Shown: in pieces, positions 39,864 through 49,967 of the stretch | Position numbering within the stretch: the first letter of the stretch is position 1 | How the letters are laid out: each line of letters begins with the position of its first letter | Assembly: GCA_965237905.1 (NCBI GenBank) | Contig: OZ250172.1 | Span: 2,880,001 to 2,944,000, forward strand | Reading direction: 5' to 3' | Length of the DNA: 64,000 bases | DNA from: Nitrospinaceae bacterium | Lineage (GTDB): Bacteria > Nitrospinota > Nitrospinia > Nitrospinales > Nitrospinaceae | Position numbers and translations under genes: made by a program | Notes under the pieces: generated by a model | What the model was told of the DNA's origin: nothing | What the model saw: the letters and a program-made list of their open reading frames with translations, nothing else | Databases searched by the model: none

Positions 39864-41156
39864 TTATTGGATTTTGCTGGTGATTTTTACCTTCGAATCG
39901 GGTTTCAGACGTTCGTTGCCTTGCACGACCACCCAGTCTCCGGATTTAATTTTACGGCCCTTGAAATGAACAGCGATCAGACTTTTTTCCAGCCTCCCGG
40001 TTTGCACGACCACTTTGTGTATTTTCATAGTTTTGTCTTTGTCCTCGCGGACTACCCAGACCGCAGTTTCCCTGGGGGTGCGGACGATCGCGTCTTTGGG
40101 CACAAACAGCGTTTTGCATTTTTTCTTGCCCGGTTTCAATTCCACCCGGACCAGCATGCCCGGTGCCAGTTGGGAGTTGGTTTTTGTAATCTTGATGCGT
40201 ACCGGAAAGGTCCGGGATACCGGATCACCGGAGCGGATTTTTTCGATCACCGTTCCTTTGAAGGTCTGACCACCAGTGTGGTTTTCGTACGACCCCAGTA
40301 TAACCTTGGCCGCTGATCCGATTTCAATAAGATTGAATTGGAATTGCGGCACATGGATTTCCACCTTGAGGGGTTTGGCCTGGATCATGGAAACGGCTGG
40401 ATCTCCCTGTTCCAACCATTGGCCGACCTCGGTTTCTTTTTTGACGATATACCCGTGAAACGGAGCGAATATCGTTGCACGGTTGATATTATCCTGAATC
40501 ATCTGGATACGGGCCTCCGCAGCCTTGATATTGGCCTCCTCCTGTTTCATTTTTTCGGCACGAGGACCGGCAACGAGTTCGTTCAGCATGGACTGCTTCT
40601 CTTCCAGTTCCGCCCGGGCCGCCTGAGCTTGAGCGTCGGATTTATCAAACTCGTCGAGACTGAGTACTCCATCCTTATATAATTTTTTGATTCGCTTGAG
40701 TTCGCTCTCGGCCAGCCGGACCCTGGCCTTGGATTGTTCGACGGCGGATTTGGCCGCTGCGATGGTCTCGGGACGGGTGCCGGTGTTCAGTTCCTCAAGC
40801 CGCGCTTCAACCAGTTTTTTCTCGGCCCTCGCCAAGTCCCGCTGCATGATGAAGGGATCGATCCGAAGTTTGACCAAGGGAGTTCCTTTGCGCACGTATT
40901 GGCCCTCTTGGAACAGCAGTTTGTCCACTCGTCCGTCCACTTCGGAAGCCAGTTGAGTCGTGGCCCAAGCCTGCACCGTACCCGGATATTCAAACGAGGA
41001 ATGAGTGGATATTTCCTGTGCCTTCGCAACTCCTACGGGAACCACACGGTCCGTTTTTTTCTGAGCTTGGAGCGGGGAGAGTGAGCCTGAACCACCCAAG
41101 GCTATAACGGTGATAAGTACTATAAAGAATTGATTATTTAGGATTCTATATCTCAT
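39864..41156 (-). CDS. RND periplasmic adaptor (membrane fusion protein)
   Basis: ASEVDGRV lipoyl half, helical hairpin, APFHG, SRTFPVR, LAPGM. Confidence 0.93.
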   Translation of the reverse strand: MRYRILNNQFFIVLITVIALGGSGSLSPLQAQKKTDRVVPVGVAKAQEISTHSSFEYPGTVQAWATTQLASEVDGRVDKLLFQEGQYVRKGTPLVKLRIDPFIMQRDLARAEKKLVEARLEELNTGTRPETIAAAKSAVEQSKARVRLAESELKRIKKLYKDGVLSLDEFDKSDAQAQAARAELEEKQSMLNELVAGPRAEKMKQEEANIKAAEARIQMIQDNINRATIFAPFHGYIVKKETEVGQWLEQGDPAVSMIQAKPLKVEIHVPQFQFNLIEIGSAAKVILGSYENHTGGQTFKGTVIEKIRSGDPVSRTFPVRIKITKTNSQLAPGMLVRVELKPGKKKCKTLFVPKDAIVRTPRETAVWVVREDKDKTMKIHKVVVQTGRLEKSLIAVHFKGRKIKSGDWVVVQGNERLKPDSKVKITSKIQ

Positions 41157-41349
41157 GTGTAACTTTAGATATTGAGGGTCTGCCTATCGTTCAACAGAGT
41201 TTCGCATTATGCCCAAGGATCGGTCTAAAAGCCAATGATTTCGTTAGTTAGCATATCGTATGGATTTTTCACATGCATTAACCATTTTTGCATTTAGCAA
41301 AGCGAAAGGCGGGGTTAGCAGAAATAAAAAGAAGGTGGAAAAGGTTGGG

Positions 41350-42195
41350 TCAGGATTTGACCTGAACGGTCAGGATCAGGTCGCCCCGTTGCTCCTTGAC
41401 TAGAGAGCCTTTCTCGCGCAGGCGTAGTTTTTTGCCGGAAGAAATCCCGGGAGGGATGCTGACTTGGAGGTTCTCTGAGCTTTCTCCGATCCGATAGGAA
41501 ATCTGTTTTTTGGCTCCCGATTGCGCTTCGCCCGGGGTGATGGAAATGTTGTAGTACAGGTTGGGATCATCCTTGCCAGAGGCGTCTTTGCTGGGCTTCG
41601 CGAACAGGTTCTTGATGGAATTCGCCATGGAGGGAAGAGACTTCTTTCGCGTATTGGATTTTGGGTGCCCTTGAGCCGCCTGGTTCCTTTTTTTGAAAGC
41701 GTATAGGGAAGAGCCGACCGTACTCAACAGCCATAAGCCGGTTCCGATTTTTCCGATGGGGCCGGGAATCATTCGCAGGAACTTGGCGAGTCCTCCGGCG
41801 GTGCCGAAAAAAACCGCGCCAAAATAGCCCGGCCCTGTGCGGAAACCGGATTGCTTGAAATCGGTATTCAGATCGTTGAAAATGTCTCTACCAAATGCCT
41901 GGCGGAACATGTTCTCAAATATTTCCTGCTGACTGTAGCGAAATTGAGGTTCTCCCCGGGCTCCGGTGAACGGGCTGGCCCGAAACCGGTCATATTCCTT
42001 GCGCTTCAGGGGGTCCATGAGGACACCATAGGCTTCGGTGATTTCCTTGAATCGATCCTCGCTTTTGGGATCGTTGGGATTGCGATCGGGGTGGTGTTCC
42101 AAGGCCATCTGACGGTAGGACTTTTTGATCTGTTCTTGCGTGGCTTTTTCAGGAACTCCCAGAATCTGATAATAATCTTTGTTGTGCGTTTTCAT
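41350..42195 (-). CDS. DnaJ-domain protein (CbpA-like, no zinc finger)
   Basis: DYYQILGV, HPD, C-terminal IPPG..LRLREKG..GDL. Confidence 0.9.
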   Translation of the reverse strand: MKTHNKDYYQILGVPEKATQEQIKKSYRQMALEHHPDRNPNDPKSEDRFKEITEAYGVLMDPLKRKEYDRFRASPFTGARGEPQFRYSQQEIFENMFRQAFGRDIFNDLNTDFKQSGFRTGPGYFGAVFFGTAGGLAKFLRMIPGPIGKIGTGLWLLSTVGSSLYAFKKRNQAAQGHPKSNTRKKSLPSMANSIKNLFAKPSKDASGKDDPNLYYNISITPGEAQSGAKKQISYRIGESSENLQVSIPPGISSGKKLRLREKGSLVKEQRGDLILTVQVKS

Positions 42196-42210
42196 CTTAA
42201 TAGATCCAGC

Positions 42211-42750
42211 CTACATACCCAGTTGTTGCGGATAGGTGGCCTCGGCGACCTCCGGTCCTTCCAGTCGCGTGTTCTGTTTGGTCGTTGCCAGTCGATAGGT
42301 ATCATCTTTGTAAAGACTTTGATTGAGGTTCAAAAAATCGACCCGGATCGGAGTGGAGGGAATTTCCACATCCTTTGCCAGGGGTGCAATGACAAAATCC
42401 TCCGTACTCAGAACATCCCGGTATTTCCGTTTCATATTCAAATTATAGGCTTTGTATCCGGGTACCGCCTCCGCGCCCAGGTAGGGCTCCTTGTTCAGCA
42501 CTTTGTATTGTTCGGGAATATAGACATTGGCGAAATAGTCCGGCCCCAGGGAGTGATGGACCATGGCATGGATCTGCAACACCCGCAGGCTCTCGTCGGT
42601 CGGAGACATTTTTATACTTACATAATATGTCCGGTCGTGAAACCATAGATTTTCAAGAAAGACGATTCCAAACGTAATTTTGAACATAGCTTGCAGAGTG
42701 ATTCCCAAAACCAGCAAACCGAATATTTTCCAGAATTTTTTCACTTTCAA
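42211..42750 (-). CDS. Hypothetical membrane-anchored protein
   Basis: N-terminal TM; codirectional with the dnaJ-like gene. Confidence 0.65.
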   Translation of the reverse strand: MKVKKFWKIFGLLVLGITLQAMFKITFGIVFLENLWFHDRTYYVSIKMSPTDESLRVLQIHAMVHHSLGPDYFANVYIPEQYKVLNKEPYLGAEAVPGYKAYNLNMKRKYRDVLSTEDFVIAPLAKDVEIPSTPIRVDFLNLNQSLYKDDTYRLATTKQNTRLEGPEVAEATYPQQLGM

Positions 42751-42939
42751 GTCCCTGTGTAATTCCTTAAGATGAATAATTCTTTGCTTTTAAACAAAAA
42801 TAACAGGTTTTTCCAGTTAATTATATATAAAATGGGGGTTGGCGGTGAGGCGTTTTATGAATTATTTCATATTGATACGGCTAAAAGCAACCTCTTGTCA
42901 CCGCCCGGCGAAACTCCGCCGTATTCGGTGGGAAAAGAC

Positions 42940-43560
42940 ATGAAACTGGACCGGGGATATCTGATTGTGCTGGAAGGGGTTGACGGGACGGGGAAATCCA
43001 CTCAGTGTGGGTTGCTGGCGGATTACTTGGAGTCTACTGGATACCCGGTGGTTCGTTTGCGTGAACCGACCCAGGGGGTGTGGGGGCAGAAGATCCGCAA
43101 AATCCTGACGGAAGGGCGCGGGGATGTGACTCCCGAAGAGGAGTTGCAGTATTTTATCAATGACCGCAAAGAGGACGTCGAGCAGAATATTGCACCGGCA
43201 CTGGAGCAGGGCAAAATCGTGTTGATTGACCGGTACTATTATTCCACCGCCGCCTATCAGGGGGCGTTGGGGTTTGACCCGAAGAAGATTATAGACGATA
43301 ACGAAGCGTTTGCCCCGCGCCCGGACCGGGTTTTTATTATTCAGGGATCGCTGGATGAAAGTTTCAGAAGGATCGAGCAGGGCCGGGACAGTTTCAGTTC
43401 TTTCGAAAAGCGCGACTATCTGGAGAAGGTTCGAAATATTTTTGATACGTTTACCGGCGACACTATTCGCCGGATCAATGGTAATCCTCCGATAGAAGAA
43501 GTTCAACAGGTTCTTCGGCAAGAGGTCAATGCCTTGTTGGGACTTAAGGAAACCTCATGA
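42940..43560 (+). CDS. tmk: Thymidylate kinase
   Basis: EGVDGTGKST, REP, DRYYYSTAAYQG. Confidence 0.95.
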   Translation: MKLDRGYLIVLEGVDGTGKSTQCGLLADYLESTGYPVVRLREPTQGVWGQKIRKILTEGRGDVTPEEELQYFINDRKEDVEQNIAPALEQGKIVLIDRYYYSTAAYQGALGFDPKKIIDDNEAFAPRPDRVFIIQGSLDESFRRIEQGRDSFSSFEKRDYLEKVRNIFDTFTGDTIRRINGNPPIEEVQQVLRQEVNALLGLKETS

Positions 43561-44111
43561 AACGATTTATCATTGGCATTACCGGAGCCAGCGGCGTTTG
43601 TTATGCCAAGCGGTTGTTCGACGTTTTGCAACCGAAAGCGGAACTGCATGTCATCATCTCCGAGCGGGGAGGCGAACTGTTGAAGCTGGAGCTGGATTTG
43701 ACCTCCAAATATTTCGCTAAAGAGAATGTGACGGTTGACAAAAACTCGAAGATCAATGCCTCGATCGCCAGCGGCTCGTTTCCAATAGACGGCATGGTGG
43801 TGGTTCCCGCCAGCATGGGAACGATCGGCCGCATCGCCGCCGGAACCTCGGAAAGCCTGATCGAGCGGGCGGCGGACGTGGCGCTGAAAGAGCGCAACAA
43901 ACTCATTCTGGTGCCGCGGGAAACTCCGTTCAGTCAGATTCATTTAAAGAACATGCTCACGTTGGATCAGGCAGGCGCGTTGATCCTTCCGGCCAATCCG
44001 GCGTTTTACCAGAACCCGCAATCGGTCGACGATCTGGTGGATTTCGTGGTCGCGCGCATTTTGAATCAGCTGGATGTGGATCACGATTTAACCGAACCCT
44101 ATAAGCCTTGA
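43557..44111 (+). CDS. ubiX: Flavin prenyltransferase
   Basis: GITGASG, IASGS, RAADVALKER, RETP. Confidence 0.95.
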   Translation: MKRFIIGITGASGVCYAKRLFDVLQPKAELHVIISERGGELLKLELDLTSKYFAKENVTVDKNSKINASIASGSFPIDGMVVVPASMGTIGRIAAGTSESLIERAADVALKERNKLILVPRETPFSQIHLKNMLTLDQAGALILPANPAFYQNPQSVDDLVDFVVARILNQLDVDHDLTEPYKP

Positions 44112-44130
44112 GAATAGGAATTACCCTGAC

Positions 44131-45321
44131 ATGATTTATTTGGATAATGCCGCCACCACGCCCATGGACCCTGAAGTGATTGATGAGGTTCAGGAATCGA
44201 TGCGCAAGGACTTCGCCAACTCGGGAACCGTCTATTCGTTGGGGTTGGACGCCAAGAAAAAGATTGAAGAGGCTGAGAACCAGATACGCGATAGTTTGTC
44301 CATTCCGCCCGATTATAAAATTATCTTCACCAGCGGGGGCAGTGAGTCTAACAATCTCTTCATTAAAGGCTATGGCTTTCCCGACAGGAAAATGGCGTGT
44401 CTGGGCCTCGAACATCCGAGCGTCACTCAAACGTTGGAGTCCTTTCGTGAGTTTGGCAACGAGCCGGTTTCGTTGCTGGACTTGCAAAAGGAAGGCCGAC
44501 TGGATTTGTCCGCCATTCCCCGGTTAAAGAAAGAGAAAGTCCGGCTGTTGTGCCTGTCTCATGTGAATAACGAACTGGGTAGTGTGAATGATCCCACTCT
44601 ATTGTTACCGGCACTGGCAGAGCAAGCGCCTCAGACGCGTTTGTTTCTCGATGGCGTGCAGGCGGTGGGCAAACTAAAACTATCTCCTGCAATGTGGCAG
44701 GGTTTGGCGGGATATTCGATTTCCGGCCATAAAATCAATGGACCGAAGGGCATCGGATTATTGGTGATCGAAGGCAAGCTGGACTTGAAACCGCAGATCC
44801 ATGGCGGGCAACAACAACATCGCCTGCGTTCAGGAACCTTGCCGGTTCCCTTAATCGTCGGCCTGGTTCACGCGATCAAACGTACCATCAAGAAAACAGA
44901 TGAGACGGTGAAGAATAATCAGCAATTGTTTCACCATCTGGTGAAAGGACTGGAAAGTCTCGCAGATAGCCTGCCTGAGTTGAATCTTCAGTTTAATTCT
45001 TCATTGTCCGAGGATCTGTCCCATCAGTCTCCATCCATCGTTAATTTTCGTTTCGCGCCGGTGGAAGGGGAGGTGATGCTCCACCACTTGGAGGAAAAGG
45101 GAATTTATGTGGGGCTGGGAAGCGCTTGCAGTGCCCATTCCAAGGAACCGTCGAAAATTCTGACGGGTATCGGGTTGACGCCGGAAGAGGCCCGATGCAG
45201 TTTGAGAATTTCTTTCGGTCCACAAAACACCTTTGCTGATGTTGACGCTTTTCTTGAGGCCTTCGGCGAGGCTTACCGCCAACTTTATTCTACCTTTAAC
45301 CGTAAAACCGCCCACAAATGA
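44131..45321 (+). CDS. Cysteine desulfurase (IscS/NifZ-like, ThiI partner)
   Basis: YLDNAATT, SGHK PLP lysine, GSACS catalytic Cys. Confidence 0.92.
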   Translation: MIYLDNAATTPMDPEVIDEVQESMRKDFANSGTVYSLGLDAKKKIEEAENQIRDSLSIPPDYKIIFTSGGSESNNLFIKGYGFPDRKMACLGLEHPSVTQTLESFREFGNEPVSLLDLQKEGRLDLSAIPRLKKEKVRLLCLSHVNNELGSVNDPTLLLPALAEQAPQTRLFLDGVQAVGKLKLSPAMWQGLAGYSISGHKINGPKGIGLLVIEGKLDLKPQIHGGQQQHRLRSGTLPVPLIVGLVHAIKRTIKKTDETVKNNQQLFHHLVKGLESLADSLPELNLQFNSSLSEDLSHQSPSIVNFRFAPVEGEVMLHHLEEKGIYVGLGSACSAHSKEPSKILTGIGLTPEEARCSLRISFGPQNTFADVDAFLEAFGEAYRQLYSTFNRKTAHK

Positions 45322-46511
45322 ACGAACGCAGAACCATCCTGGTCCGGTACGACGAGATCGGACTCAAGGGAAAAAATAGGGATCAGTTCATCAATCGTCT
45401 GGTGAAAAACATCCAGATGCAAATGAAAGATTTGGAGGGATTAAAGTTCAAGGTGCCCCACGGGCGGATTTTTATTTATAGTTCCAAAGAATTGACCGAA
45501 GAATGCACGCGAAGGCTCCAGAGAATTCCAGGAGTGGCCTCGGCCAGTGTCGGCGTGACACGCGACCCGGAATTTGACGCCCTGGCCGCCGTCGGCGTGG
45601 AATGGATTGAGCCGCTGTTGCAACCGGGCGAGACTTTTAAATTCTGCGTTCGCACCAACCGGGCGGATAAATCCTACCCGCACAAATCGCCGGAGATCGA
45701 CCGCGAAGTGGGATCGCGTGTTCTCCGGCAATTGCACTCGAAAGGACTCGAGGTGAGCATTAAGGAAGCCGACTTTATTCTGGAAATTGAGATCGGCCAG
45801 GACGAGACGGTGGTTTTTAACAACCGGGTTCCCGGTTTGCGGGGATTGCCTGTTGGAAGTTCAGGGGATATTCTTGGCCTCATTTCCGGAGGCATAGACA
45901 GTCCGGTGGCGTTGTACAGGATGATGAAGCGCGGATGCCGGGCGCATGGAATTTTTTTTGACAATCAGCCGTTCATGGGGCGTGGCGGTTACGACAAGGT
46001 GGTGAAGCTCTCCAAACTTCTCAATGGCTATCAGGGGAAGGCCCGTCTTTACGTGGTGCCCTTTGAGGATATTCAGGTGGCAATCCGCGACGAGTGCCGT
46101 CCCGCTCACCGTGTGGTGCTGTACCGGCGGATGATGTACCGCATCGCCCAGGTGGTGGCCCAGCAAAAAGGTTGTCTGGCCCTGGCTACCGGCGAGTCCG
46201 TGGGTCAAGTCGCTTCCCAGACGCTCGAAAATCTGAATGCGGTTTCCGATGTCGTCACCCTGAGTGTGTTTCGTCCGTTGATCGGTATGAACAAACAGGA
46301 GATCATCAACGAGGCGAAAGAATTGGAAACTTATGACATCAGTATTGAACCGCATCCGGATTGTTGCTCGGTCTTCATGCCGCCGCGACCTGCGATCCGC
46401 GCCAAAGTCGCGGACCTGGAAATTGATGAAACAAAGTACCCCTGGGAAATATTGATGCTGGAAGCGATATCAAAAATGGAAACGGTTGACCTCGATACCC
46501 TAACCGTCTGA
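45318..46511 (+). CDS. thiI: tRNA 4-thiouridine synthase (short form, no rhodanese domain)
   Basis: EIGLKGKNR, THUMP domain, SGGIDS PP-loop, GESVGQVASQT, DCC. Confidence 0.95.
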   Translation: MNERRTILVRYDEIGLKGKNRDQFINRLVKNIQMQMKDLEGLKFKVPHGRIFIYSSKELTEECTRRLQRIPGVASASVGVTRDPEFDALAAVGVEWIEPLLQPGETFKFCVRTNRADKSYPHKSPEIDREVGSRVLRQLHSKGLEVSIKEADFILEIEIGQDETVVFNNRVPGLRGLPVGSSGDILGLISGGIDSPVALYRMMKRGCRAHGIFFDNQPFMGRGGYDKVVKLSKLLNGYQGKARLYVVPFEDIQVAIRDECRPAHRVVLYRRMMYRIAQVVAQQKGCLALATGESVGQVASQTLENLNAVSDVVTLSVFRPLIGMNKQEIINEAKELETYDISIEPHPDCCSVFMPPRPAIRAKVADLEIDETKYPWEILMLEAISKMETVDLDTLTV

Positions 46512-46997
46512 GGAGAGGCGGTTCACCTGTTGCGGATTCGGGATTTCCATTAACAGAGTTTGGATCGATTTTTTAAGTTTGGGATGAATGAACTCCGGCG
46601 CGATTTCGCTCATGGGCGCCAGAACAAAACTTCTTTCAGGAATTCCGGGATGAGGAATTTCCAACCCTTCCTGTTTTAAAATCAAATCATCATAGAAAAG
46701 AATATCAAGATCAATGATGCGGGGTCCCCATTTTTCCGTGCGGGTTCGACCCATTGCTTGTTCGATGAACAGACACGCCTGAAGCAACTCCTCAGGAGAG
46801 AGGGGGGTTGTGAGCTGGACCACGGAATTGACGAACCAGTCTTGGTCGGTAATGCCGAACGGTTCCGATTGATACAGAGAGGAACGGGCGACGAGGGTGA
46901 GGTCGGAGTGTGCGTTGAGATGTTCGACCGCCTTTAAGCAGTTCTCCGCCGGTGACTCCAGATTGGAACCGATGCCGATGTAAGCGGTGTGGGGCAT
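46500..46997 (-). CDS. folK: 2-amino-4-hydroxy-6-hydroxymethyldihydropteridine diphosphokinase
   Basis: IGIGSN, WGPRIIDLDIL, IPHP..ERSFVL. Confidence 0.96.
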   Translation of the reverse strand: MPHTAYIGIGSNLESPAENCLKAVEHLNAHSDLTLVARSSLYQSEPFGITDQDWFVNSVVQLTTPLSPEELLQACLFIEQAMGRTRTEKWGPRIIDLDILFYDDLILKQEGLEIPHPGIPERSFVLAPMSEIAPEFIHPKLKKSIQTLLMEIPNPQQVNRLSSDG

Positions 46998-47017
46998 GGG
47001 AGAGGACTCCCTTTATT

Positions 47018-48259
47018 CTAAAATTCAAAAGTGACCGACGACAGTCGATTTTTGATTTCACCCATGATGCGGGTTTCATCCGCCGGGTCTTTGGCCGCAA
47101 ACGTGGCGGAGAACCGGACGAAGTTGCCGGCGTCGTCCCAGGGTACGGTGGAGATCAGGTGCTCGGTGATCAGGTACTGCGAGAAATCTTCCGCGCTCTC
47201 AAATTTTCTTCCGCCGGCGATGCCTTTCGGCGCCTTCACGAATAGAAAGAACGATCCGCCGGGCATTTTCGCATGGAAGCCGACCGAGTTCAAAGCATCG
47301 ACCAGCAAAGTAAGCCGCCGTTGGTATTTTTCCACGATGCGTGCGGTGATCTCCGGGTGCTCAAGGGCATAGATGGCCGCTTTTTGAATGGCGGCGAACT
47401 GGCCGGAGTCGATGTTGTCTTTCACGTGAGCGAGGCCTTTCACTACCAATTCGTTGCCGACGATAAAAGCGATGCGCCATCCTGTCATGTTGTACGCTTT
47501 GGAATGCGAATGAAGCTCCACGCCGACATCCATGGCACCCGGTACGGAAAGGAAGCTGATGGGTTTGGCGTTGTAGGTGAGCGTCGCATAAGCGGCGTCC
47601 TGGATAACGACGATACTGTTGGCTTTGGCGAATGCGACCACTTCCTCATAAAACTTGCGGGTGGCGTTGGCGCCGGTCGGATTGTTGGGATAATTGATGT
47701 ACAGTAATTTTGCCTTCTTCGCCGTCGCTGCGTCGATGCTCTTGAGGTCGGGTAAAAAATTATTTTCCTCTTTTAACTCCAGATTAACCACTTGGCCATC
47801 CAGGAATTGCGTGTGTGTTCCCATCACCGGATAACCCGGTATGGTCATCAATGTGATGTCTCCCGGATTGATGAAGATGGAAGGCGCCATCGCCAGACAC
47901 GGCTTCGACCCGATAGTATGGTTGACGTGTTTCTTGGGGTCGAGTCCCTTCACGCCGAAGGTTTTCTCCATGTGCTGGACAGCGGCGGATTTGAATTCAT
48001 CGATTCCGTTGTCGGTGTATCCCCGGTTCCCGGGTTTAGCCGCTTCCGCCTGGAGAGCCTTCACGACTCCGGCATCGGCCATTTCATCCGGCTCGCCGAC
48101 GCCCATGTCGAACAGCTCCTTGCCGGGATTAGCTTCCAGTGCCGCCCGCTTGGCGCGTTTGATTTTTTCGAATTTATATATTTTGGTGTCTTTGCCGAAC
48201 TGGTTTCCGCCCAGACGGTCGGCAAAGAGATTTTGAATATAACTTTCAGTCGATGGCAT
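47018..48259 (-). CDS. dapL: LL-diaminopimelate aminotransferase
   Basis: Class I PLP aminotransferase (NYPNNPTG, DAAY, SKAYNMTGWR); YKFEKIKRAK N-terminus. Confidence 0.82.
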   Translation of the reverse strand: MPSTESYIQNLFADRLGGNQFGKDTKIYKFEKIKRAKRAALEANPGKELFDMGVGEPDEMADAGVVKALQAEAAKPGNRGYTDNGIDEFKSAAVQHMEKTFGVKGLDPKKHVNHTIGSKPCLAMAPSIFINPGDITLMTIPGYPVMGTHTQFLDGQVVNLELKEENNFLPDLKSIDAATAKKAKLLYINYPNNPTGANATRKFYEEVVAFAKANSIVVIQDAAYATLTYNAKPISFLSVPGAMDVGVELHSHSKAYNMTGWRIAFIVGNELVVKGLAHVKDNIDSGQFAAIQKAAIYALEHPEITARIVEKYQRRLTLLVDALNSVGFHAKMPGGSFFLFVKAPKGIAGGRKFESAEDFSQYLITEHLISTVPWDDAGNFVRFSATFAAKDPADETRIMGEIKNRLSSVTFEF

Positions 48260-48380
48260 TCGCTAAACTCCGTGCTTTATAAAAGTTAAGAGGTTAATCT
48301 GCAAAGTCGGTCAATGTAGCCAAACTCAGGCGTGTTGTCAAGTTGCGCAATGGAGGACTGAAGCCGATCGAGAATTTAGA

Positions 48381-48797
48381 TCAAGTCCTTTCCTTTTCTT
48401 CGTCGGCTCCTTCGTCGTCCGTATCTTCCTCGGTCATATCCTCTTCGGTGACCAGATTGGCCGTTTTCTGCGAGTACCTCAGGTACTTGATGATTTCAGT
48501 AATTTCGTCGGCGCTCACGTTATTTTTTTGCGGCGGCATTTTGTCCGTTCCGTTGAGAATCGTTTCGCGGAGTTCGTCATTGGAGAACTCTTTTTCGATA
48601 TAATCGGTGTTAATCAGTTTCGGCGCTTTTGTTTGCATGCCCATGCCATCGGAACCGTGGCAGTTTGAGCAAACGCGATGAAAATACTCCTGACCTTTCT
48701 TGAACTCCTGCGGCACTTCCTTGGTGGGTTGCGGGGCACAGGCGGCCACGCAAGACAGTAATGCTAACAGTATGAAATTCCACCTGTAGTTTTTCAT
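48381..48797 (-). CDS. Monoheme cytochrome c lipoprotein with acidic tail
   Basis: Lipobox VAAC, CSNCH, KMPP; start taken at MKNYRWN. Confidence 0.85.
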   Translation of the reverse strand: MKNYRWNFILLALLSCVAACAPQPTKEVPQEFKKGQEYFHRVCSNCHGSDGMGMQTKAPKLINTDYIEKEFSNDELRETILNGTDKMPPQKNNVSADEITEIIKYLRYSQKTANLVTEEDMTEEDTDDEGADEEKERT

Positions 48798-48887
48798 TGG
48801 TTTTTTCCTATCCATGTTGATGTTGTCTAAGGGGTTTCCCCTATCCGAAAGGTCATGGGCCGGGACCAAAGAAATGCTATTTTAGAG

Positions 48888-49928
48888 CTATTTCAAGACA
48901 AATGAAATGGGAAGTTTGAATTGGAAGGTATCTGTCTTCAATTCGGGCGGGATCTCAGGATAGGGTGCGGCCTGGTGTACTGCTGCCAATGCCGCCTGGT
49001 CCAGTAATTGATAACCGGAAGTCTGTGCCAGATCGACTGCCATTAATCGGCCGCCCTTGCCCAGGGTGAAGGCGATGATGGGCTGACCCTCCATGCCCCT
49101 GCGCCGTGCCATCCTGGGATAATATTTGGCATTCGCGATGCGTTGCCGGACCTGGCCGGTAAACAATCCGCGCAAACCATTCAGATCGGCATCAGGGGCA
49201 TCATGATCAGCTGGTGAGCTTTGGGATAATTCTCTGGGAAGAGCGGCAAATTCATCCCTTACAGTTTCTTCGGAGGTGGGTTGTTCCACCGCGGGCTGAG
49301 AGACCAGACCGGCCTGCGAGTGGGTTATGGATTGGGTCGGACGGGGCAGGGGACGAATCATGCTGGATTGCGGTTCTGCCGATCCGGTTGCAATAGCGGT
49401 TTGCGCTGGAGTGTCGGGAATTTTCGAGGCGTGGACTTCCGAAATGGGAGATCGGCGGTGAACAACTGCCCTTTGATGATGCTGTGAAAAGTTTGCCGGT
49501 ACCACAGCCGGGAATAATTGGGTGTTCGCAAAGAAGATCGGCTGAGCCGTCTGGCGTTTAATTGGTTTTCTATGAGATCGAATCATCTGCCGGGCCATTT
49601 TTGCAGGCTGCAGGGTTGGAACCGAAAGATTTGGAGTCCTGGGAATAAGACTCACTTTTGAATTCGGATGAATAGCCAAGGGTCGAGCCGGCACCATTGG
49701 AGTGGGTTCGGGTGAATTCGACGTCTCAGTAGACTGGGATGAAGATGGGGTCTGTAAAAATTTCACAGTAACAACTTTAGGTGGAACTTTTTCCGGGGCC
49801 GTCCAATCCCATTGCCAGGACGAATAAAGCACAAACAGCCCGACATGCAGAAACAGGGAACCTGCGAGGGCGAGGTTCCCCAGAGTTCTGCCTGGCAATT
49901 TGGATGTTGAAATCGAATTCATATTCAA
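48888..49928 (-). CDS. tonB: Energy transducer TonB
   Basis: SxxLH TM motif, Pro-rich linker, YP..ARRRG.EG and SG..LLD.AAL C-domain. Confidence 0.88.
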   Translation of the reverse strand: MNMNSISTSKLPGRTLGNLALAGSLFLHVGLFVLYSSWQWDWTAPEKVPPKVVTVKFLQTPSSSQSTETSNSPEPTPMVPARPLAIHPNSKVSLIPRTPNLSVPTLQPAKMARQMIRSHRKPIKRQTAQPIFFANTQLFPAVVPANFSQHHQRAVVHRRSPISEVHASKIPDTPAQTAIATGSAEPQSSMIRPLPRPTQSITHSQAGLVSQPAVEQPTSEETVRDEFAALPRELSQSSPADHDAPDADLNGLRGLFTGQVRQRIANAKYYPRMARRRGMEGQPIIAFTLGKGGRLMAVDLAQTSGYQLLDQAALAAVHQAAPYPEIPPELKTDTFQFKLPISFVLK

Positions 49929-49967
49929 AGGATGGAAAGAGGCGAACCTCCTCCCATTTTTTATCAG

